Assembly: GCA_024626585.2 (NCBI GenBank)
Contig: JANKJI020000002.1
Coordinates: 29,677,708-29,711,985 of the forward strand
Direction of reading: 5' to 3'
Source of the DNA: Ginkgo biloba
Taxonomy: Eukaryota > Plantae > Ginkgophyta
DNA: 34,278 bases
Position numbers and translations under genes: made by a program
Shown: positions 1 to 9,465 of the stretch, piece after piece
Numbering within the stretch: position 1 is the stretch's first letter
Layout of the letters: each line of letters opens with the position of its first letter
Notes under the pieces: model-generated
The model's database searches: none
Seen by the model: the letters and a program-made list of their open reading frames with translations, nothing else
Told to the model about the DNA's origin: nothing

Positions 1-291
1 GAAGAAGCAAACACTGCATATGCTTTGTGTCTTTTAATAAGGTTCCTAAGTTGAAAATCAAACACCGCATCTGCTTTGCATCTTGTAAATTCTTCACTGA
101 GCTCTTTAGGGAAAAGCCTATAATGATCAAGACCGTCATTATATTTGATCCGCTCTAGGACCTCAAGGTCACCTCCAATTAGCCAATTACCTGCATGAGC
201 AATTGCCTCTTCCACATATGGCAATCCGGGAGCTGTCGTTCCCCATGTTCTTGCAATTCGTTCCTCTTTATTGTGCTTATATATCTCAATG
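1..291 (-). CDS. APS: ATP sulfurylase coding exon 2 (partial, runs off the window; active-site region altered, possibly pseudogenising)
   Basis: Manual translation: IEIYKHNKEERIARTWGTTAPGLPYVEEAIAHAGNWLIGGDLEVLERIKYNDGLDHYRLFPKELSEEFTRCKADAVFDFQLRNLIKRHKAYAVFAS. It follows plant APS closely until FQLRN, then departs from the canonical PVHNGH. It is absent from the ORF track because it is an internal exon. Confidence 0.93.
8..84 (-). repeat. Degenerate in-frame tandem duplication (period 51 nt) inside APS exon 2
   Basis: 8-33 (caaacactgcatatgctttgtgtctt) versus 59-84 (caaacaccgcatctgctttgcatctt): 22/26 identical at an offset of 51 nt. Protein: RCKADAVFD versus RHKAYAVFA. Confidence 0.85.
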
Positions 292-2528
292 CTACAAAAA
301 GCAAGGTTTAAAGTCTGTCACTATTTGTCACCTTCTGATACAAAACAATATAGCAATAAGGCCAAGTTTCAGGCACCCCCGTAAAGCTTACATCTGTGTC
401 CAGAGAAAAATCATTCATCATCTCAGGTTATTGCAAGAAAGCTCCCAACTTCAACCAAAATGAAAGGGGACACATGTAATGGGAAAGAAAACAAATTGCA
501 AGCAAAATTGTTTCTAGAAAAGTCTTTTGCTGCTGGCATATTTTTGTTGAGAAATCTGATTCTACTTATCAGTGGCATTAAAGTAAGCTACGAAGCTATG
601 TTTGCTAAAGATATCCAAAATTGGAAGGTTTGCAAAGAGCAAAAACAGACAATAGTATAGAACATTCAGAAATATAAATTTATCAAATTAGACAGGATGC
701 TTAAAACAACTGCTCTCCAATGTGAGAGCCAGAGTATGTGGATTAACTCCCACTACACAGAGGCAAGAACACCATAAAGAGATTCATGGTAAGTTTTAGG
801 TTGGAAGCAGTGCCTGCATAATCAGACCTTAAGCACTTCCAGCCGGGCCCAATATTGGCCAAGTTCTAACAGAAGTTCATTAGAACTGATACGTACTTCA
901 AAAACAACAAAAAATCCTAGTGGGGACTTCAGTGTTCAGTCAAATACTGGGTGCATTGCTTCTTGTTTTAAGTTTTGTTACTGTGAGCGGGTCACAACAG
1001 TCCTTAAACTAGCATGGGAAAGGGACATTGCTTTTTCTCTTTTCTTTGGTTATCATGAGAAAATACATAATAGTCACTGCGCATACAGCAGTGCTGGGGA
1101 GACTTCAACATGGCAGAACACACAAGTTTGTGGCTTCTTAGAACACAATATACTTGCTAGAGAAAGCAAGACTTCATCATGGCTTCTCTACCCCAAAACC
1201 TAGATTTCAAAATACAAAAGTTATGAGCCAAAAGTGGATTTCCATGCCAAAGAAATTAGCTTTGACAAAAGTGATACTATGACCAAACTGCAACAATTTG
1301 AAATAGAGAATACTTTCTGATATCGGGATCATCTCAAAAGCCTATATTTGTAGGTAAGACACTCATCATATAGTTAAAGTTATTGCTATGTTAAATAGTA
1401 AATACAAAAAGGACAGGAACAAAACAGAAGGAATCCAAAATGGCAGGGAACAGAACCATGCAAGAGATCTAGATTCCAGAAACAACTAATACCAGAACTG
1501 CACTCATCGTCTACTTACACAAGCTTCAAAAGGAAAAGGAAACCACATTTATCCTAGATCCCTGAATGATTGAGACTCTGATCCCCACAAGTGAGTACAA
1601 TCCACCATTACAATTTATTTTAACTAGCAGATGAATCTATTATACACACATTAAGATGATACCAATCACCATAGATAATCACTATCCTACTTTTCCAATT
1701 AAGTGGTTGGCCCTCATGGACTATCTGTACCTAAAGATTTTTCTTGGGATCAAAACATCAAAATTCATCCTAATCACGAAACTGTAACACAATCAAACCC
1801 GAATAAAAAAGCTGTTTAAATTGAACTGGACCAGCCTCTATTTTGCTTGTAAATGGCATTCTATTATGGGCCTAAAGTGTTTTTGCATGTGATGAATCTG
1901 GGAGAAACAAAGTTTCAACTCTTAAGCTCAGTTGACAAATGGCACACCTTCATGGGCATAATAGAAGGATAAGTACTTTCACAGACTCGACCATGGTTTG
2001 AGTGATGGGGACACAGCTATTGTTCAGGCAAGTCTTTGAACCCTATCCCAGGGCAAGTTAAAGACTTGCTNNNNNNNNNNNNNNNNNNNNNNNNNNNNNN
2101 NNNNNNNNNNNNNNNNNNNNNNNNNNNNNNNNNNNNNNNNNNNNNNNNNNNNNNNNGCGCGGATGAGGCCTGGTACAAGTCCAGGGTGATTTTGATGGCA
2201 TAGATATGCCCCTCATAGCGCGGCATACTCAGCCGAAGAGTGTCTGGTACGCAGCATTTACTCGGAAAAAAAAAAGGCTTCCTTGGACATGCCCATTACT
2301 TTTGGGCTACTACTGCCTCCGTCAAAATCAAAACAGAGGTTAAAGTCTAAAAATCAGAGGGAAAACAGAGCATTCTTTGTGAACTTCTGAGGGTTTGGGC
2401 TCTCTAGTTTATTGTTGTAAAGAAACTAACAATGCCACCCCTCCCTCTACCGATAAGACCAAACAAGATTAATCCAAACTTAAAAAAGGACATGCAAAAG
2501 GAAAAGGAACCGCAAAGCAGACACTCAC
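292..2528 (-). other. Intron 1 of APS (phase 2, about 2.24 kb including an N gap)
   Basis: Donor GTGAGT at 2528-2523 and acceptor TTTTTGTAG at 300-292. Splicing joins AA+C (Asn) and restores the frame VLRN-IEIYKH, at the position where I recall plant APS1-type genes having their first intron. Confidence 0.92.
1945..2275 (+). mobile_element. Putative tRNA-Glu-derived SINE in APS intron 1, antisense to the gene
   Basis: The head AGGATA-AGTA-CTTTCAC-AGACT-CGACC-ATGGTTTGAGTGATGG parallels tRNA-Glu(UUC) (AGGATA..CTTTCAC..GACC-CGGGTTCGATTCCCGG), with the anticodon loop at 1976-1982 and a degenerate B box near 1995. The body is GC-rich and structured, and ends in A10 at 2266-2275. The middle is an N gap and there is no clean TSD. 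Confidence 0.6.
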
Positions 2529-3064
2529 TTTCTGAGAACTGCAACAAGTCTCCCGCTTGGGTCCAATAGAGCAACATCATTTGACTGCCCAATTGCTTCC
2601 TTCTGCAAATCATCGATAGCCAACACAATCGGCACAGACATGTTGACAATTGAACCATCCTGAAGTCTCAGGAAGTTGAAATGAAGAGTTTGGAGGAACT
2701 CGGTTTGTCTCATAAAGCCCCCGAGTGGGCTTGCCCATCCTTCACTGACGACATGGGCCCATTCCAGATCAATCCTTGAAAGCCTTATCTGAGGCAATGC
2801 ACCAGCCTCTTTCCTCTTTGCATTTCTTTGGCTCTCCGGAGCAATCAGCTCCACCAACTTCCCCCCATCAGGGTCAATCAGAGAAAACCTAACGGCCCCA
2901 CTTTTTTTTACACAGACAGACATTGGGGATTCGAGTACAATACGCTTGTACTCGAAATGAACAGAGTTTGCGTACAACGAGTTCTTTATAGGCAAAGCAT
3001 GGGTTACGCTTGGTGGGTATTGAACTCTGGATCGTCTGAAAAATGTTGCACCTGCTGAAGCCAT
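2529..3064 (-). CDS. APS: ATP sulfurylase (sulfate adenylyltransferase), plastid-type, coding exon 1 with N-terminal transit peptide
   Basis: Translation contains LIDPDGGKLVEL...IDLEWAHVVSEGWASPLGGFMR..EFLQTLHFN.LRLQDGSIVNMSVPIVLAIDD, the N-terminal domain of plant ATP sulfurylases. The ATG context is strong (ACAATGGC). About 60 S/A/R/K-rich residues precede the mature part. The exon ends AGA AA|GTGAGT (donor GT at 2528-2527), so the ORF-track stop at 2525 lies in the intron. Confidence 0.96.
2681..2701 (-). promoter_or_regulatory. miR395 target site in the APS mRNA
   Basis: The mRNA-sense sequence is GAGTTCCTCCAAACTCTTCAT (encoding EFLQTLH). It is complementary to miR395 (CUGAAGUGUUUGGGGGAACUC) with mismatches at miRNA positions 1 and 7 and a G:U at 14. 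This is the known site in plant APS transcripts. Confidence 0.9.
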
Positions 3065-4100
3065 TGTAGTGGAAAAAGATTTTCCGTTTTCTCTGTTAAC
3101 TGACGAATTGCACGAGATGCTAAAATAAACGTCTTTTTGTTTAAGTCGAGTACCTCCGGTTTCCCTTCATTTAGAGTAAACGTCTTNNNNNNNNNNNNNN
3201 NNNNNNNNNNNNNNNNNNNNNNNNNNNNNNNNNNNNNNNNNNNNNNNNNNNNNNNNNNNNNNNNNNNNNNNNNNNNNNNNNNNNNNATAAATGCTAACTG
3301 TCAACACTAAACAACTTCACAAATTGAAGCGAATTCACATGTGGAGAATGAGTTTCAAAGCGAATTCGACCCCCTGCAGCTGTAAACAAACGGAAATTCT
3401 TCGAAAATTCAGGCTAAATTTCAAGTGGGCAGTGAATTTCCTCGTTATAATACGTGTTATTCAACCGCACTTGATGGATTTTTCATATTGGATAGCAAAT
3501 TGAACTCCGTGCAAGATGTACAAAATTAAAGACACTTTAAACTGGAGCAAATTTACCTGTGGGCGATGGTTATCTGCGACAATTAGGACTCCTTTCGCGA
3601 GATAGAATGCAGTTTTTGACCAGGTCAGAGCAAATTTGCATGTGAGCACTGAATCTATAAACAGATTGAGCTGCCTCCAGCTGCAGAAAATAGAATTCTG
3701 CTCGTATACCGAAGGATTGTTTGAACGTGGGCGATGTGTTTGTTTACAAATTTGAGGCTTGCTCAAACAAGGATTAGACGTATGGATTTGTTTACATATT
3801 TGAAGTTTACTCAAACAGGATTGGATGTATGTGTACGCATATGCCGTCCAAATTCAGCTCGCTCGGGTTGTGTTCAGATTGGAGAAAGATATGGGTATTA
3901 GCCACAATGGAAGCCAGATACAATCCCATGTGGTGGGATACGGGGGGATGAATCTAGTCCATTTCCTGTCAATGGGCCCTGCTTCGGGTAACACCTCTTT
4001 GGCGTGCAAATACACCCTGAGCTTATCACCCCATAGGCTACAACGACAAGGTCATTTTGTTGGCTTGGGTTTGTCTTTTTTTTGTTAACGAGCCCACGCC
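3065..4100 (-). promoter_or_regulatory. 5' UTR / upstream region of APS (CpG-retaining)
   Basis: Lies directly upstream of the ATG and retains many CG dinucleotides, unlike the TE space beyond about 4100. Site II-like TGGGCC/AGCCCA motifs occur near 3973 and 4091. The TSS and TATA box could not be located (gap at 3187-3286). Confidence 0.55.
3739..3831. repeat. Two-copy 48-bp tandem repeat upstream of APS
   Basis: tttgtttacaaatttgaggcttgctcaaacaaggattagacgtatg (3739) versus tttgtttacatatttgaagtttactcaaacaggattggatgtatg (3787). Confidence 0.85.
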
Positions 4101-4612
4101 CCTAATATTTTGCAAATCCTTAATCAAATCCTTACTCGTGATAAATAATTGCCACTACATTATTTTTAAATTGTGATTATGAATTCTTTAACTCTTGTGA
4201 TTGGTCAATGTTTTGTACGGAGATTTTATTTTGTGTTTTCAAATTTTTACAAAATTTATAATGTCTTAAGATTTTATTTCTTTCAATTTTTTTAGTTGTT
4301 TTTATGGTATTAACATCCTTTTTGATATAAATAGATTATTTATATGAAGTCTTTTCTATTTTCTACCACGTTGACTTGAGATTATGGTAGTGTATCAAAA
4401 GTTCAATTATCCTAATAATTTTTTTTTAAAGCTGAGAGGTTTATAAAAATTTGAATATGTAAAAATTTCAAAGCTATATATCATTCTTTACAATTAATTT
4501 AATGCAATGAAGNNNNNNNNNNNNNNNNNNNNNNNNNNNNNNNNNNNNNNNNNNNNNNNNNNNNNNNNNNNNNNNNNNNNNNNNNNNNNNNNNNNNNNNN
4601 NNNNNNNNNNNN

Positions 4613-5130
4613 ATTGAATGATATTGCATAATTTTGTCAATTACATGTGTTATATGTCATAATGCATACTACATGGGAATACGAGAAGACATGATAGTTG
4701 GGTTATTGCTAATAACTGTATGCTTGATGAATAATTTATTATTTACAAAGGATTCATGGGGGCCTATATATAGAAAGTCAATAAGTATGATTATGAAGAG
4801 TTATGACCATTGATTGTGACTTTTCATTAATTATTCTATTTATTAATATTTATCAATGCATATAATAATTTTATTACATATACTGCCCTCCTACCAATTA
4901 AGAGTAATGTTTTCATTACTCCTTTTAGCTCTAGGGGGTTATTGAATGATCTCAAGTTTATATTAAGGCATATTTGTTATGTATGATTAGCTTTATATTA
5001 TTGACATCCTCTGTATTTGACTAAGAATTTGTTGATGCTTGGATTTGCACACCTTTTCAATACTTGTTATTGAATTACGTTAATATGGTTTTGATAGACT
5101 AGCACTAAACGATAAGAAATCTAAAATAAG
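4613..5130 (-). mobile_element. Decayed Ty1/Copia 3' end (RNase H tail, PPT, 3' LTR remnant)
   Basis: The minus strand gives frameshifted F-N-N-K...A-N-P-S-I-N (like CDN..A.NP) and ..GVMKTLLL. A purine tract (AGGAGGGCAG, about 4892-4883) is followed by an AT-rich LTR-like segment with CTATATATAG. Confidence 0.45.
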
Positions 5131-5369
5131 TTTTTCTTGGTTTGTGATATTTATCTCATGTAAATTATAAGATGGGATGTTTTATACACCTTTTACACTA
5201 TGGGTGTGTCTAATGCTATATTATATATGGGTTTAGGCAAGTTGAAACTAGAATTGATGCTTTTGATATTCTCCTTTAGTAGTTTTATCATGGTGTGGTC
5301 TAACTCTTGGAGGTATATTCTATTCAATGTTCAATATGCCATCAAGTTCCATTTTCATGGGCTTGTTCT

Positions 5370-5903
5370 TATGCTTCATTTATAACATGTGTGTTGTTAA
5401 GATTTGGTTATTCCGTGGAGTTCATAAGTGATAGAGGAATACAATTTTTAAACAAGGTTTTAGAGATCTTAACAAATGATTTTATAATATCACCCAATAT
5501 TATCTAATATATAATGGTGTAATAAGATTTTATGTAATGTGCTTACTAAGATCAGTGATACCATAAGGAAATATTGGGTAGATAAACTACATATTATATT
5601 ATGAGCCTTTAGAATGGCCTATAAGAAGGCCATAAGTCAAACTATTTTTCAGTTAATGTATAGTCAAGAAGTTATATTACATATGTAATTTTATGTTCCT
5701 ATTTTGAGGATTACTATTAAATAAAAATGAGGTGAAGAAGAGTCTTTGAAGAAAAGAGTCATGAAGCTTAATACATTGGAATAAATAAGAGCCATTACTC
5801 TTTGGCATCAACAAGTAATGCAAGATAGCATGAAAAATATTTATGATCAATAGATTAAAGGTATGGGAATTCATATAGGTGATCTTGCACCTCTCTATGA
5901 TAG
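5370..5903 (+). mobile_element. Decayed Ty3/Gypsy integrase (Athila/Tat-like)
   Basis: CVLLRFGYSVEFISDRGIQFLNKVLEILT...NKILCNVLTKI..WVDKLHIIL*AFRMAYKKAISQTIFQLMYSQEVI...IGDL..LYD. This is the rve core and C-terminus, with stops and frameshifts. Confidence 0.85.
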
Positions 5904-6214
5904 NNNNNNNNNNNNNNNNNNNNNNNNNNNNNNNNNNNNNNNNNNNNNNNNNNNNNNNNNNNNNNNNNNNNNNNNNNNNNNNNNNNNNNNNNNNNNNNNN
6001 NNNTATAACATGTGTGTTGTTAAGATTTGGTTATTTAAATGATATTAATAATATGAATGTACCATATTAAGAAGGTACTAATTTTTATAAAAATATTGAG
6101 AGTAGACATGAAATAATTGGTGTTAATGCTATATTTGGTTCTTCTATATTTAAGTTTGTAATTTCTCATATGTCATGAATTTTTACATCATATTTGGACT
6201 TGGATTTTTTCAGT

Positions 6215-7590
6215 TTCTTTTTTGTTAAGAAAAAGATGGTTCTATTAATAAGAAGAATTACATATTATCACAAAAAATAGGGTGGCTTTAGGCACCCCAC
6301 ATCACAATATTATCAAATAGGGTATACAATAAAATGCACCCAAAGACTATACAAAAAATAAACATATAATCACCCCCTTGGGGAAAATAATAAAACTAAA
6401 GGACTATATTTGGTAGAGTTCGATGTACGAAATAAATATCATTGTGAACATAATAAAATATGGGCTTTAAGGACCTTAGATGTAAGCACATTAAATGGGA
6501 GATATTAAGGTCATGGTTCTCCCAACCACTATCCCATCTATTATCCTTTTAAGAGTCATATTTTATAGGTGATATGGTTAGAATTTCACTTGTCCTTATT
6601 TCACCGTAATAATTTATAAATTAAGAATATCATATGATACCATCAAGATCATATAACATGAATTATTGAGTCACCTTTATAAGTTGTATCTGACAAGTGA
6701 AGGCATAGGAAAGTGACAAATGTCCCTTAAATGAAATAAGATATAAATAGAAAATTTTCACCCATTGACATCATAAGACATAAGATTTAATATAGTAATA
6801 TGAAAATGAATCAAAGAATTTATTAAGGGTTCAATAAAAATAAAGACTAAATATTATACATTCAAAGATTCTATCATAGTGTTGCAACAAAATTCTTAGC
6901 ACATGATTTGGTTTATAGAACAAAGGGTTATACCATAAAAATACCTTACAACATATATAATAGTCCCTAATATATAGACATGAAAATATGAATTTATAGG
7001 TCCTAAAATAGGCCACTAATGGAATAATAATCTATTTAAAAAATTCCATAAAAAATAGAATTAAACATAGAAGGGATTTTTTTTATAATATGATAAATCA
7101 TAAACAATTAGATGACAAAANNNNNNNNNNNNNNNNNNNNNNNNNNNNNNNNNNNNNNNNNNNNNNNNNNNNNNNNNNNNNNNNNNNNNNNNNNNNNNNN
7201 NNNNNNNNNNNNNNNNNNNNTATACTCATTTTCTAAATCTAAATCAACACCTCCATCTTGAGAATGTGACAACCATGGAAAAAGGTTACAAACCAAGGGT
7301 TAAATCCCCTAATAAGTATAAAACCCATTTAAAAGGGCATACTAACATGGGTTGGGAATTTTTTTTGATCTATTTCCATAATGACTTTATCTAGGGATAC
7401 CCTAAAACAAAAGAATAACAAAATTTGGTTGGCCATATAAGGGATGATTCCTCTTCAAAGCCTAATGTGGATAGNNNNNNNNNNNNNNNNNNNNNNNNNN
7501 TGAAGAATATACAATACTAAGAAAATATTTTTGGGTTCCAATAAAACATGGTGCACCCTATCAAATTGCTCATCCTAAAGGAAATTATCC
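6215..7590 (-). mobile_element. Decayed L1-type LINE, 3' part of ORF2, 3' UTR and degenerate A-tail
   Basis: Minus-strand remnants GAPCFIG (YLGxP-like, about 7560), MANQILL (about 7430) and SHSQDGGVDL (P..EGGLGL-like, about 7250) occur in the expected order. A T-rich plus-strand tract at about 6215-6225 fits a tail. Confidence 0.6.
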
Positions 7591-8049
7591 ATAATGTTTG
7601 TTAATTTCATGACTCTTGGCCAATTTTCATAGGCCAAATTCCCAAGGCCATAACTTTTGCATCCAAACTCTATTTTTGAAAAATAAGACAATGCCAAAAA
7701 TATCTTGATGTATGCATTTTAAATATGAAAAATGTTAGACTTCAAAAGTGATCAAATTTGCATCATCTACAATAGGATAGTCTCTTTTTTCACTATTCAT
7801 TTTTCTCACTATCTAATTGACTCACTATTCTAACATATTGCTATTTTTTTTTATCATTCCATTTATCTAGATTAGTATGCTTATATTGATCATTTCACTT
7901 GCCTAATTACTTTATATACATGGTTGTTTTATTTGATTAAATGCCACTATCTAGGAGGCCTTTTTTTCAACGCAATGACAAATAAAACCTCCCTCTTTAG
8001 GAGGATGCTAATCTTTAGCATCACTTTTAGGTGCAGAAATTATCAGTTT

Positions 8050-9465
8050 ACTTTCTCTATTATAAACCATTTATAGGACTATATGGGTATTCCCTTAATT
8101 CTAACTTTATACAAGGGAATGGTACTATGGAAAGTACATCGTTCCTTTCTTTATAATATGTAGTTCTACTCCAAAATTTCTATAGCATTAGGAATAAAAA
8201 TATTCTCCTATAAGATTATCACATTCCACATATTTTGGATTAAGTAATGAAGGTTCATATAACTTCAAATAATACACATTAAAAATTATATGTAGACCCA
8301 TGTACTAGGGAAGGTCCAAGCAAAAGGTATTTTTTGTTACTTGTTCCAACAGTTGAAAAGCTCCATANNNNNNNNNNNNNNNNNNNNNNNNNNNNNNNNN
8401 NNNNNNNNNNNNNNNNNNNNNNNNNNNNNNNNNNNNNNNNNNNNNNNNNNNNNNNNNNNNNNNNNNNTTCCCATTTAACTCTCCATCGAAAGGCTCAAGC
8501 TAAATTATTATCTCTACCTTTACAATATTTGAAAAATAAGTAGAAATTTTTCCCATATACTTAGTACTATAAATTTGGTTTATATATAGAGAAGGATCTA
8601 ATATAATATTATTAGCAACCATTTATACCATCAAGGTCATCTACTTTCATAGTTTCTACTGTAAATCTATAATGGTTTGTTGCATCATCTCCTTTTCTCC
8701 TCTGACATTGTTCCGTATATGGTAAAATTCGATGCAATGCCTCTTCTTTTTTAAGGTAGTAGTTCCAGCTATTCTATTTCCTCCCCTTCTTATTATTGTC
8801 TTCTTATCTTCTCCATATACATTCACAAATAAATTAGGATAATTAGTACCTAGTATTAAACCTCTGATACCAAAATAAATCCACCTCTTGTAGATAAATA
8901 TTAGATATTTATAATACCAATGAAAATAACAAGATATAAATGAAGAAAATACATGGATAAAGAATAATATATTCCATAAGAATTAAGTTTTTATAGTTTT
9001 ATTAATCTCCTACTAATATAGAGGAAGAAATAATAGTTAAATCCTAAAAGGATTCTCTATTATCTTTTTGATAGTACATAATTTTACTACATACTATTAT
9101 GTACATTTTACCCTATTATTTCAAAACTTTAGAATTTCTTCTCCCTTTTAAGATAAATTATCCTCTTCCTTTTCTCCAAAATAAAGAAAAAACCCTCTTC
9201 TTTTTTAAAATGAAGAGAACTCCCTCTCTATATTCTAAACATAAGGGAAAAACTCCTTTGCATTTTCCTCCAACATTTTCAAGGAAAAAATCAAATTTCT
9301 ATCTTCTTAAGAATATGTAATAACTTCCTAACAAAAGAAATAAGTTGAATAAATAGTTTTAGGGCCACTTATCCATGCCCTTTGTCCAAAATCTTTCTTT
9401 TACAGTCTTAGCCTATAAAAGTCTAAGCTTGTTTATTTTGTGGCTTAGTATTTGTTTATTTCACA
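8050..9465 (-). mobile_element. Ty3/Gypsy 5' end: LTR (about 9465-8875), PBS and decayed gag
   Basis: PBS TGGTATCAGAG at 8872-8862. Downstream on the minus strand are gag-like remnants (EPFDGE, QKIPFA, W....IGEYFY). A candidate LTR start TGTGAAAT is at 9465. Confidence 0.65.
8862..8872 (-). other. Primer-binding site complementary to initiator tRNA-Met
   Basis: Plus strand ctctgatacca equals minus strand TGGTATCAGAG. Confidence 0.85.

Noticed and set aside
50-70. Apparent frameshift at ADAVF in APS exon 2
   Set aside because: Careful reading gives GCG GTG TTT GAT TTT CAA, which is in frame. Only substitutions are present here.
40-120. U-to-C RNA editing as an explanation for S>F and P>L changes
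   Set aside because: Such editing is organellar. This is a nuclear gene with a spliceosomal intron and a transit peptide.
2026-2060. TPP-riboswitch-like string AAGTCTTTGAACC...CAGGG.AA in the intron
   Set aside because: It lacks the upstream CUGAGA and downstream UGCCUGCGCAGGGA elements, lies antisense to the gene, and is explained by a simple hairpin.
2157-2250. Hammerhead or twister ribozyme (CGGAUGAG; GGUACAAGUCC)
   Set aside because: There is no CUGANGA/GAAA core on either strand, the loop is too short for the twister consensus, and the pseudoknot partners are absent.
203-3058. ORFs 203-463, 460-660, 2404-2658 and 2828-3058
   Set aside because: They are antisense, intronic or alternative-frame overlaps of APS, with no independent coding signal.
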